Part shown: piece by piece, positions 45,038-54,426 of the stretch
How the letters are laid out: each line of letters starts with the position of its first letter
Position numbering within the stretch: position 1 is the first letter of the stretch
NCBI GenBank assembly: GCA_039768565.1
Contig: JBDNAG010000065.1
Coordinates: 1,977 to 65,976 of the forward strand
Direction of reading: 5' to 3'
From: Akkermansiaceae bacterium
GTDB taxonomy: Bacteria; Verrucomicrobiota; Verrucomicrobiia; Verrucomicrobiales; Akkermansiaceae
Length of the DNA: 64,000 nt
Notes under the pieces: generated by a model
The model's input: the letters and a program-made list of their open reading frames with translations, nothing else
The model's database searches: none
Told to the model about the DNA's origin: nothing
Made by a program: the position numbers and the translations under genes

Positions 45038-48000
45038 CTACTTCACGGTCATGACGCCGCGCATGAGAACCGCGTGCCCCGGGAAAGTGCAGATAAAGTT
45101 GTATTCACCGGGCTCAGCAGGAGCATTAAATTCAAGAATCTCGGTCTGCCCCTTCTCCAACAACTTGGTCGCGTGAAGAATGCTGTCGGACTCAGGCAGG
45201 AATTGCTTCTTGAAGCCATCGGCACCGAGAGCAATCGCAGCCGCCGCAACAGCGTCAGCAGTTCCAGGTTTGGTAATCACGAGGTTGTGAGGCATGAAGT
45301 CAGGATTCACAAAAGTAAGCTTCACTTTCTTTCCTGCCTTTAATTCAACCTTCTTCACGTCGAATTGAATCTTCTCAACAATCGCATTCACGCGAATTTC
45401 GGTCAAAGAGGGAGCGTCTTTGACACCTCCGGGGATGACTTTCATCTCCTCTTCTTTCTCTATTTCCTGCGGTCCTTTAGCTGGATCGGCAGGCCCCCAC
45501 CAATGTTGAACCACCTTGGCTCCCTGAACGACATGCGGGTCAGTCGACTTAAGGACAAGATCGAGAAGGTCGGTGTTACGCACATTGTGCTGCTGATGAA
45601 CCCAGAGAGCTTCCAGCATGGGAATACCATCCTCTTTCTTAACTGGATCAAACTGCTTCACCCAAGCTTGGGTGGCTTTGGCCACCTCTGCGGTGTCGCG
45701 CTCACTGATCTCCACCCGGGTGCGGTGGCGGACATACATGTCGGGATGTTTGAAGTTATCCAGCAACTCGGTCATAGAAGCCCCATCGATTTTAACGGGC
45801 TTCTGAAGCGGCTTCTTGGTATTCACCATCCGGTAGATCCGACCGTGAACCTTGTCACGATTTGGGTCGCGCACGTTGTGCTGCATGTGCCCGATGATAA
45901 CGTTGTGCCAATCGGCAACATAAAGAGCACCATCTGCGCCGAAGATTGCATCGGTCGGGCGAAAATTCCCGTCATCGCTGCGAAGAAGTTCGACTGCCGG
46001 AGTGCCCCAGACTTCTCCAAGCTTGTATTTCTTGTCCTCGAAGCCATCACGATGAAGATCGTAGTGCTTGAGTCCCAAATAGCCGATGGTGTTACAGAGA
46101 AGGAAGTTTTGCTGCATTTCATCCGGGAAGTTGGTTCCAGAAATGATCGCGTCGGCAGCCACCGGTCGAACCTCCTTGTTCACAAGAGGAAACATCTTAA
46201 AGCCGTCCCCATTGGGGCGAACCTGATAGGAGCGCCCTCCGGTGCCATCGTTGGCGTAAAGGTAGCCCCACTGATCAAAGCTGGTCCCATGTGGATTCGG
46301 GCTATTGCCAGCTACTAATGAAACAGTGTAGCGGCGTGGATCAAATCGATACATAGCAGATGAACCGGCCGTGAGTGAAGGTCCCCATGGTGTCTCGTGG
46401 TTGTGCTGAAGGAAAACTCCGCTCTGCCAGTAAATGCCGCCATCAGGCCCAAAAATGAGATTATTCGCCGCGTGGTGGGTATCAGACGATCCTATACCCT
46501 GCATAATGACATAACGGACATCAGCAACGTCGTCGCCGTCGGTATCCTTGAGGAAGATGATGTCCGGCTGACTGGTGACGATCACACCACCATTCCAAAA
46601 TTCAAAACCAAGTGGATTATGAACCTTGGCGAATTCCTTCACCTTGTCAGCCTTACCGTCGTTATCGGTGTCTTCAAGAATTAGCAAAGAATCGTTCATC
46701 TCCTTAAGCGGCTCCCACTTCGGATAAGTAGCCCAAGCGGCAGCCCAGAGGCGACCTTTGCCATCCACCTGAAGCTGAACCGGATTCGCAAGCTCCGGGA
46801 ACATCTCCTCATCAGCAAAAAGATTCACTTCGAAGCCATCGGGGACATGTATCTTCTTGATCCCATCTTCTCCGCTAAGATACTTAAGGTTCCCTTCCTT
46901 CGCTTTGCTTGAGCTGCGGGAGCCACCACCAACGTTAGAAATCACCGGAATCGCCTTTGGAGTATTAGCGTCATTTACCGAGTAGTCCTTGCCCTGCGCC
47001 TTTGCCCAGATGAGTGGATCACGATTAGCGGTCATGACATCAAGCATTTTAAGCTCGTGCTGAAGAACGACAGCGTTGGTCTGATCATCGACAAATTTCA
47101 GTCCGGAACGTCCGCCCCAAACATCATTTCCATCGGTCGCACGGTAGCGATTATGCCAGTGCCAGTTCTTGTCGAGAACAGCTTCGCGAAGCGGCTGCTG
47201 GCTTGGGGAAGCGGCAATCTCCTTTTTCAAAAGAGCCTTAGCCAAAACTTCACCGATGAGACGATTGCCATCCTCATTCAAGTGAATCCCATTCAGCGTC
47301 AACGGAGACTTGGCCGTCCCATAAAGCTTGATCGAGGGGTGGAAGAGATCGATGAAAGCAACTCCATTCTTATCTGCGGCTACTCGGGTCGCCTCTGTGA
47401 TAGCGAGAAGGCGCTCGTTATTGGCTCGACCCGTCGGAAGATTCCGATCTCTCAAATTTTCGTGCCCGATTGGACTACAAAGAACAATGCGGGGAAAGCT
47501 CTCACCATTCGGCATCGCCTTACGAAATTCCGCGATCATTTTGGTGAGGTTTTGTTCATGGTCTTCGGGCTTGGTGTCGAAAGACTCATTGTAACCAAAC
47601 ATGGCGATAACTACGTCAGCTCCTACCTGCTGGAGATACTTTGGCATCGCAGTAAAGCCACGCGAACGAGGATACTTGTTCGGACGATCTCCGGTGAGGC
47701 TCATATTGCGGAACTTCAACTCCATCCCGGGAGCTGCAGACTGGATTAAAGTCTCTGTCCATCCATCATGCTGCATGCGGTCAGCAAGGCCATTTCCAAT
47801 AATGGCGACGGTATCGCCTTTCTGAAATCTAAAGGGAGCAGGATCCCGGTAATCGGCTGGCACGCTGACCGTCTTGGCAACCTTTCCGTCGGCACCGATA
47901 TAGGCAACATCGCCGCCCTTCTTCAGATCAAAGATCACTGCCGTCTCGGGCGCAGAAACATCCTTGTTTTGAAAGACCGACTTTTTCTTCGAATCAAGGA

Positions 48001-48397
48001 GAGTCAGCGTGAAGCCATCGAGGCGCTGCCCCAGATCACCCTCAACACGATTCCAAACCGAGATCGAATCAATTTTGGCTGACCTTCCGAGGTCAAGCTC
48101 CCACCAGGCATTTTTTTTGCCCTCCGAAGTGTGGGTTTGGCCACCCGAATTAAAGTCAGGCTTTTTATTACCGTCGATGGCACGTTCAGCACCCGCGTTA
48201 TTCGAGGTGGTCGATTGGCTGGCTTTTCCAGAGCGGGCGATATTTTTGCCGCCTGCCATCACCTCGACTTCAGCGAGGGTCAACGTGCGGCCTCTGCCGG
48301 GCAGCTCAATCCGGACAAAGCGAGCCTCCTTTTGGGCGGAGGCCACGGTATTTAGGGCGAGTAATGGAAGAAGAAACTTCATAGATCGGACTGCCAC
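45038..48397 (-). CDS. Secreted multidomain protein: discoidin (F5/8 type C), SGNH hydrolase, PVC-type dehydrogenase beta-propeller, HEAT region and C-terminal cupredoxin (azurin-like)
   Basis: Signal peptide. AIDGN...WWELDLG discoidin motif. A GDSL/SGNH-like block ([19 protein letters not shown]). [19 protein letters not shown] and [17 protein letters not shown] are typical of the putative membrane-bound dehydrogenase domain. The C-terminal [11 protein letters not shown]...[21 protein letters not shown] carries type-1 copper ligands His, Cys, His and Met. Confidence 0.8.
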   Translation of the reverse strand: MAVRSMKFLLPLLALNTVASAQKEARFVRIELPGRGRTLTLAEVEVMAGGKNIARSGKASQSTTSNNAGAERAIDGNKKPDFNSGGQTHTSEGKKNAWWELDLGRSAKIDSISVWNRVEGDLGQRLDGFTLTLLDSKKKSVFQNKDVSAPETAVIFDLKKGGDVAYIGADGKVAKTVSVPADYRDPAPFRFQKGDTVAIIGNGLADRMQHDGWTETLIQSAAPGMELKFRNMSLTGDRPNKYPRSRGFTAMPKYLQQVGADVVIAMFGYNESFDTKPEDHEQNLTKMIAEFRKAMPNGESFPRIVLCSPIGHENLRDRNLPTGRANNERLLAITEATRVAADKNGVAFIDLFHPSIKLYGTAKSPLTLNGIHLNEDGNRLIGEVLAKALLKKEIAASPSQQPLREAVLDKNWHWHNRYRATDGNDVWGGRSGLKFVDDQTNAVVLQHELKMLDVMTANRDPLIWAKAQGKDYSVNDANTPKAIPVISNVGGGSRSSSKAKEGNLKYLSGEDGIKKIHVPDGFEVNLFADEEMFPELANPVQLQVDGKGRLWAAAWATYPKWEPLKEMNDSLLILEDTDNDGKADKVKEFAKVHNPLGFEFWNGGVIVTSQPDIIFLKDTDGDDVADVRYVIMQGIGSSDTHHAANNLIFGPDGGIYWQSGVFLQHNHETPWGPSLTAGSSAMYRFDPRRYTVSLVAGNSPNPHGTSFDQWGYLYANDGTGGRSYQVRPNGDGFKMFPLVNKEVRPVAADAIISGTNFPDEMQQNFLLCNTIGYLGLKHYDLHRDGFEDKKYKLGEVWGTPAVELLRSDDGNFRPTDAIFGADGALYVADWHNVIIGHMQHNVRDPNRDKVHGRIYRMVNTKKPLQKPVKIDGASMTELLDNFKHPDMYVRHRTRVEISERDTAEVAKATQAWVKQFDPVKKEDGIPMLEALWVHQQHNVRNTDLLDLVLKSTDPHVVQGAKVVQHWWGPADPAKGPQEIEKEEEMKVIPGGVKDAPSLTEIRVNAIVEKIQFDVKKVELKAGKKVKLTFVNPDFMPHNLVITKPGTADAVAAAAIALGADGFKKQFLPESDSILHATKLLEKGQTEILEFNAPAEPGEYNFICTFPGHAVLMRGVMTVK

Positions 48398-48463
48398 TTA
48401 CGGCAGAGTCTCCGACCTTATTTCAGGAAAGACCTGAGAGCAATCTGCAAAAGCTTCTGCCGA

Positions 48464-49300
48464 TCAAGCCACCACATTCGTCAGCACCCCGATCCCATCG
48501 ATCTCAATTTCCACCACATCCCCGGACTTCAGCGTAAAATCAGATCCCGGCACAAGTCCCGTCCCCGTCATCAATAACGCTCCATGGGAAAAATGAACTT
48601 CCCGGCAAAGATAATCCACCAATTCCTCAAGACTTCGTTTCAGTTGCCCCACATCAGTCCGATCGTCAAACATGAGCTCCCGCCCCCTCATGATCTTCAG
48701 TTTAATAAAGGCATCTTTTTTCAGCGCCTCCCTCCCCAGCAATAGACACGGCCCCACCGCGCAGCTCCCGTCATAGACCTTCGCCTGAGGAAGATAGAGC
48801 GGATTTTCCCCTTCAATCGAACGCGAACTCACATCGTTCCCCACCGTAAACCCGAAAATTTCGCCTCCCGCGTTAACCGCCAAGGTCAATTCCGGCTCCG
48901 GCACATCCCAAGTGGAATCCCCCCGCACCCGGATTTGCCCGCCATTCCCGACCGCCCGGCGCCCAATCGATTTAAAAAATAACTCAGGCCGTTCTGCTTC
49001 GTAAACCATATCGTAAAAAACATCTCCGCCCGCTTCCTCAGACTCCTCCATCCGCGCCGACTTCGAACGCAGATAGGTCACCCCCGCCGCCCAGATCTCA
49101 GTCTCATCAAGCACCGGCGGAAGCCCTCCCCGCTCTCCATTGGCCTCATCTCCCAATTGAACCTCGTCGATCAATCGCCGCACTTCCCCTTTTCCTGAAC
49201 TAAAAAGCTTAGCGAGAAACTCGTCATCCACTCCGTAAGACTTCTCATCGATCTCCAACTCCAAACCTTGCCAGCTTCGAAACAATTTCATCTCCTCCAT
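48464..49300 (-). CDS. Fumarylacetoacetate hydrolase (FAH) family protein
   Basis: C-terminal FAH-fold pattern (GNDVSSRSIEGENPLYLPQAKVYDGSCAVGP, LLMTGTGLVPG, GDVVEIEIDGIG). Confidence 0.75.
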   Translation of the reverse strand: MEEMKLFRSWQGLELEIDEKSYGVDDEFLAKLFSSGKGEVRRLIDEVQLGDEANGERGGLPPVLDETEIWAAGVTYLRSKSARMEESEEAGGDVFYDMVYEAERPELFFKSIGRRAVGNGGQIRVRGDSTWDVPEPELTLAVNAGGEIFGFTVGNDVSSRSIEGENPLYLPQAKVYDGSCAVGPCLLLGREALKKDAFIKLKIMRGRELMFDDRTDVGQLKRSLEELVDYLCREVHFSHGALLMTGTGLVPGSDFTLKSGDVVEIEIDGIGVLTNVVA

Positions 49301-49341
49301 CTTGCCTCCAAGCGACCTTCACCAAAAGCCTAAACCTCGCC

Positions 49342-50817
49342 ATGCACGATCCTTTCTCCCAATCCCAGCTCCTCGTCAACCGACGCCACTTCTTCGGAAA
49401 GTCCGCCTCCGGCATCGGTGTCGCCGCACTTGCCTCCATGCTGGGCGATAACCTAGGAGCCAGCACCCCTGCCAAGCCCGAGCCAAAGGCCAAGCGCATG
49501 ATCTATCTCTTCCAATCCGGCGCTCCCTCCCCCCAAGACCTCTTCGACTACAAACCAAAACTTCAGGAACACCACGGCAAGGAACTCGGAGACTTCGTCG
49601 ACCTCAACCAGCGAAAAACCGGGATGACCGCGGGCCAAAAATCCTTCCCCATTGCCGGAACCAAATACAAATTCAAAAAACACGGCAAGGCCGGCACCGA
49701 AATCTCCGAACTCCTCCCCCATATCTCCGGCGTCGCTGACGACATCTGTCTCATCAAATCGATGTACACCGAGGCCATCAATCACGACCCCGCCATTACC
49801 TTTTTCCAATCCGGGTCGCAAATCCCCGGGCGCCCCTCCATGGGAGCCTGGCTCAGCTACGGCCTCGGGTCAGAAAACAAAAACCTCCCGGACTTCGTCT
49901 CTATGGTTTCCCGTGGCACCGGGCGCCCCAATTGCCAACCCCTTTACGACCGACTTTGGGGGTCGGGCTTTCTCCCGACCAAACACGCCGGCGTCAAATT
50001 CATGTCCGTCGGCGACCCCGTCCTCTACCTGTCCAACCCCGCCGGCTACTCCGCCTCGGCCCGACGCAAGATGCTCGATGATCTCGCTGAGCTCAACGAA
50101 AAGAAGCTCGCCGAATTCTCCGACCCCGAAATCGACACCCGCATCCAGCAATACGAACTCGCCTATCGCATGCAGACCTCGGTCCCCGAGCTCACCGACA
50201 TCTCGGATGAGCCCGAATCGGTTCTCAACATGTATGGTCCCGAGGTCAAAAAACGCGGCACCTACGCATACAACTGCCTCATGGCGCGCCGTCTTGCCGA
50301 GCGCGACGTTCGCTTCATACAACTTTACCACATGGGTTGGGATCAACACTTCACCCTCCCTAAACAAATTTCCGGCCAGTGCTACGATGCCGACCAACCC
50401 ACCGCCGCTCTCATCAAGGACCTCAAAATGCGAGGACTCCTCGATGACACCCTCGTCGTCTGGGGAGGAGAATTTGGACGAACCTCATACTGTCAGGGCA
50501 AACTCACTCGCGAAAACTACGGCCGCGATCACCACCCTCGTTGTTTCTCTCTCTGGGCCGCTGGCGGCGGCATCAAACCTGGCACTACCTTCGGCCAAAC
50601 CGACGATTTCTGCTATAACCTCGTCGATAAAAACGGAGCACCCATTGAAGCCCACCCCACCAAGCATCACAAGGAGGCCGTCCACGTCCACGACCTCCAC
50701 GCCACCCTCCTCCACCAACTTGGCATTGATCATACCAAGCTCACCTACAAATTCCAGGGCCGCCAATACCGACTCACCGATGTGCACGGACACGTCGTCA
50801 AAAACATTCTATCTTAA
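49342..50817 (+). CDS. DUF1501 sulfatase-fold protein with a Tat signal (second copy)
   Basis: RRHFFGKSASGIGVAALASML twin-arginine signal and GGEFGRT/GRDHH motifs. Collinear with 38078-39442. Confidence 0.85.
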   Translation: MHDPFSQSQLLVNRRHFFGKSASGIGVAALASMLGDNLGASTPAKPEPKAKRMIYLFQSGAPSPQDLFDYKPKLQEHHGKELGDFVDLNQRKTGMTAGQKSFPIAGTKYKFKKHGKAGTEISELLPHISGVADDICLIKSMYTEAINHDPAITFFQSGSQIPGRPSMGAWLSYGLGSENKNLPDFVSMVSRGTGRPNCQPLYDRLWGSGFLPTKHAGVKFMSVGDPVLYLSNPAGYSASARRKMLDDLAELNEKKLAEFSDPEIDTRIQQYELAYRMQTSVPELTDISDEPESVLNMYGPEVKKRGTYAYNCLMARRLAERDVRFIQLYHMGWDQHFTLPKQISGQCYDADQPTAALIKDLKMRGLLDDTLVVWGGEFGRTSYCQGKLTRENYGRDHHPRCFSLWAAGGGIKPGTTFGQTDDFCYNLVDKNGAPIEAHPTKHHKEAVHVHDLHATLLHQLGIDHTKLTYKFQGRQYRLTDVHGHVVKNILS

Positions 50818-50859
50818 CCGCACGCCATCACAACACCACTCAACCTCGGCGATCACCTC

Positions 50860-53832
50860 ATGACAAAACGTCTCCTTCTCCTCCTCGCTCTCGTCACCAC
50901 CCTCGGCGCTGAAGAGCAAATCAGCTATAACAAGCACATCCGCCCCATCCTCTCGGAGAATTGTTTCTACTGCCACGGGCAGGACCCAAAAACCCGTGAA
51001 GCCGACGTCGCCCTCCACCTCGCCGAGTTCGCTTACAAAGAGCACAAGGGAACCACCCCCATCGTCCCCGGAAACAGCGAAGACTCGGAAGTCGTCTACC
51101 GCATCTTTGATAAAGATGACCCGATGCCCCCCGAGGACTCCAACCGCTCCCTCACCGAAAAACAAAAAAACCTCATCAAGAAATGGATCGAACAAGGCGC
51201 AAAGTACGAAGACCATTGGAGTTTTGTTACCCCTACAAAAGAAGCTGTCTCTGCCGACAACAATCCCGTCGATCACTTCATTCATAAAAAACTTACCGCA
51301 AAAGAACTCACTCCTTCCCCTCAGGCCGATCTTCCGACTCTCGCCCGCCGCGCAGCACTTGCCCTCACAGGCTTACAACCAACACCGGCCCAACTCGACG
51401 AACTCAAGAAGCACGGTTCATACGAAAAATTTGTCGACTCACTTCTTTCGACCGATGCCTATGCCGAACGCATGGCCCTTTTCTGGATTGATGCCGCCCG
51501 CTACGCAGATACCGATGGATATCAGGTTGATCGGGGCCGCTCCAACTGGCCCTGGCGTGACTGGGTCATCGACGCCTTCCGAAAAAACATGCCCTTCGAT
51601 CAATTCACCATCGAACAAATCGCCGGTGACATGCTAGACAACCCCACCGACTCCCAACTCCTAGCCACCGCCTTCAACCGTAACCACCGCCAAAATGCCG
51701 AAGGCGGAGCCCTCGCGCCGGAATTCTACGTTGAAAATGTCATCGATCGTGTCGAAACCACCTCAACCGTCTGGCTTGGCCTCACCACCGGCTGCGCCCG
51801 TTGCCACGACCATAAATACGACCCCATCTCCCAAAAGGAATTCTTTCAGCTATTCGCCTACTTCAACAACATTGGTGAAAGTGGCACCGGACAAGGCACC
51901 AAGGCAAGGCCGGTCAGAAATTTCACCTCCCCACTGGCGACCGTCCCACCCGATCTCCATGCCGAACTAAATTCCGCTCAGGAAAAAGTCACTGCTGCCG
52001 AAAACTCACTCCCCACACGCCTCGCGGAATGGATCAAAAACCACGGTGAAAAGTCTCCCAAATCTGATTGGTTTCCCGTCACTCTTGCCTCCGCCAAGTC
52101 CACCAAGGGAAAACTCGAAAAGCTTCCCGGTAACACGTGGCTTCTCAAGGGGAACGCCGCCAAATCCACTTATCAACTCCGCCTCCCCACCGGCAAACGC
52201 ACCCTTACCGGCATCCGTCTCGATACCCTCTCGCACCCTTCCCTCAAGGGCCCTAACAACCTCGCCCTCTCCGTAAACGGCAACTTCGTCCTCACCGACG
52301 TTAAAATCTCAGCTAAAGGAAAACCGGTCAAAATCGCGAAGACAGAAGCCACCTTTTCCCAAAAAAGTTACCCCGCAAAAAATGCCACTGACAAGAACGG
52401 CACATCGGGTTGGGCCATCGCCGGACACCCCAACAAATCAGAATCCCTCTTCCTCGTTTTTGACAAACCAGTCCCGGCAAACTCTGGTGAACTCTCCATT
52501 GAACTCCACTTCAACTCCGGCTTCGCCAACCACCAAATCGGATCCTTTCAAATCCTCGCCACCGAAGCCCCCAATCCCATCCTAAAGATCGGCGGGATCC
52601 CCACCAATGTTCTCGCCCAGCTCGACAAAACCACCAACCCCAAAATCCTCGCGGACTATCACCGGACGATCGACCCTGTCCTCCGGCAAACCATCGCCCG
52701 AAGATCCGCAATCGAGAACAAAATCCAAGCAGCGTCCGGCGGCTCGGTCCCCGTCATGATCATGACCGAAAAGACCGGCACTCCCACGCACTCCTACGTC
52801 CTAAATCGGGGGCAATACGATGAACCCGATAAGGAAAACCCTCTTAACCGCGGCATCATCGCCAGACTCCTACCCCCCGGAAAAAAGCATCCCAAAGATC
52901 GACTTGAATTCGCCAAATGGCTCGTATCTCCGGATAACCCAATCACCGCGCGCGTCACCGTCAACCGTATGTGGCAACACCTCTTTTCTATCGGCCTAGT
53001 CAAAACATCCGAAGACTTCGGACTGCAGGGCGAACTCCCCAGCCACCCCGAACTCCTCGATTGGCTAGCGGTCGAGTTCATGGAGTCCGGCTGGGATATC
53101 AAAAAACTCTATCGTCTCATCGTAACCTCCGACACCTTCAAGCAGAGCTCAAAGAGCAACTCCATCCTCAACGAACGAGATCCCGAAAACCGCCTCCTCG
53201 CCCGCGGACCGCGCTACCGCATGGACGGCTTCGCCATTCGCGACATGGCCCTCCACGCCTCCGGTATCCTCAACCCCAAACTTGGCGGAGCCCCCGTCAA
53301 GCCCTACCAACCAGATGGCCTTTGGGAAGCCCTCGCGGCCAACAAAGGAACCCGCTACAAGCCCTCCACCGGCCGGGATCTGTATCGCAAGAGTATGTAT
53401 TCCTACTGGAAGCGCGCCGTCGCCCCACCCCGCCAACTCATCTTCGATGGCTCGGGCCGTGAAATCTGCAATGTTCGACACAAGATTACCAACACTCCCC
53501 TTCAAGCCCTCGCTTTAATGAACGACGTGACCTTCGTCGAATCTGCCCGCCATCTCGCCAAGCGCATGATTAAGGAAAACCCCGAGGCACCTCTCGCTTA
53601 TGGATACCTCCTTGCGAAAGGCCATTCGCCCGATGCCGAAACACTCGTCATCCTCAAGCGCAACCGAAACCACTTCCTCAAGCACTTCAAAGAAAACCCG
53701 GAAAAAGCCAATGCGTTCCTGGCCATTGGTCAAACAAAGCGTGATGAATCTATAGACCCGATTATCCACGCCGCACACGCGTCCACCGCTCACCTTATTC
53801 TCAATCTGGATGAAGTGATAAGTATCGAGTAG
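50860..53832 (+). CDS. PSCyt1/PSCyt2(DUF1549)/PSD1(DUF1553) multidomain protein (second copy)
   Basis: Signal peptide, CFYCHG heme motif, GCARCHDHKYDPI, and a DUF1553-type C-terminus. The central region differs from that of the first copy. Confidence 0.85.
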   Translation: MTKRLLLLLALVTTLGAEEQISYNKHIRPILSENCFYCHGQDPKTREADVALHLAEFAYKEHKGTTPIVPGNSEDSEVVYRIFDKDDPMPPEDSNRSLTEKQKNLIKKWIEQGAKYEDHWSFVTPTKEAVSADNNPVDHFIHKKLTAKELTPSPQADLPTLARRAALALTGLQPTPAQLDELKKHGSYEKFVDSLLSTDAYAERMALFWIDAARYADTDGYQVDRGRSNWPWRDWVIDAFRKNMPFDQFTIEQIAGDMLDNPTDSQLLATAFNRNHRQNAEGGALAPEFYVENVIDRVETTSTVWLGLTTGCARCHDHKYDPISQKEFFQLFAYFNNIGESGTGQGTKARPVRNFTSPLATVPPDLHAELNSAQEKVTAAENSLPTRLAEWIKNHGEKSPKSDWFPVTLASAKSTKGKLEKLPGNTWLLKGNAAKSTYQLRLPTGKRTLTGIRLDTLSHPSLKGPNNLALSVNGNFVLTDVKISAKGKPVKIAKTEATFSQKSYPAKNATDKNGTSGWAIAGHPNKSESLFLVFDKPVPANSGELSIELHFNSGFANHQIGSFQILATEAPNPILKIGGIPTNVLAQLDKTTNPKILADYHRTIDPVLRQTIARRSAIENKIQAASGGSVPVMIMTEKTGTPTHSYVLNRGQYDEPDKENPLNRGIIARLLPPGKKHPKDRLEFAKWLVSPDNPITARVTVNRMWQHLFSIGLVKTSEDFGLQGELPSHPELLDWLAVEFMESGWDIKKLYRLIVTSDTFKQSSKSNSILNERDPENRLLARGPRYRMDGFAIRDMALHASGILNPKLGGAPVKPYQPDGLWEALAANKGTRYKPSTGRDLYRKSMYSYWKRAVAPPRQLIFDGSGREICNVRHKITNTPLQALALMNDVTFVESARHLAKRMIKENPEAPLAYGYLLAKGHSPDAETLVILKRNRNHFLKHFKENPEKANAFLAIGQTKRDESIDPIIHAAHASTAHLILNLDEVISIE

Positions 53833-53877
53833 CAGATTACTCCGGCTATCACCCCCCAGATCAATAAAGTTCAGATT

Positions 53878-54288
53878 ATGACGTCACCTCACATCTGCGT
53901 GGGCAGGAAACTTGGCGCGATAATCAAGGAGATTCCGTCTTCAATTGAGTATAGCAGCCCAGCCTGGGTCGATTGCGAATTCAATGATACCAATCTCGAA
54001 GGCGCCAATCTGGACAACCACATTTTTACTCGCTGTCATTTTGAGAAGGTCGACTTCTACTGGTGCTACGCCTTCCGCGCTACCTTCATCGACTGCAAAT
54101 TTGTCAACTGCGACCTCCGCGGTTCCTTCGCCGAAACACGGTTCATCCGTTGTGGATTCGTCAACTGCCAGGTCGGAGACAATAACCTCGGTGGAAAAAC
54201 CGAATGGCGAAATGCACTCGCTATTGAATGTGTCATCGCAGGAAACCCCCTTCCTATCATCGAATTCCCCTCAAGACATCTCGATTGA
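53878..54288 (+). CDS. Pentapeptide-repeat protein
   Basis: Runs of A(D/N)LxX-type pentapeptides (CEFNDTNLEGANLDNHIFTRCHFEKVDFYWCYAFRATFIDCKFVNCDLRGSFAETRFIRCGFVNC). Confidence 0.7.
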   Translation: MTSPHICVGRKLGAIIKEIPSSIEYSSPAWVDCEFNDTNLEGANLDNHIFTRCHFEKVDFYWCYAFRATFIDCKFVNCDLRGSFAETRFIRCGFVNCQVGDNNLGGKTEWRNALAIECVIAGNPLPIIEFPSRHLD

Positions 54289-54426
54289 ACTACTTTTCTA
54301 CATTCAAGCTTCCATCGCGACAGTTCACCTCTCCCATCAAAACCATTCCTCCAATTCCGCGAAGCGTAGCTTTTCTTGATTTCACGATTCCCCCCACCGC
54401 CTTGGATCTCTTAAATAACACCAGTA

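Noticed and set aside
54286-54426. The pentapeptide-repeat gene stops with a TGA in the same frame as mutS downstream.
   Set aside because: An in-frame TAG follows about 30 codons after the TGA, and mutS starts with its canonical N-terminus. This is coincidental frame sharing.
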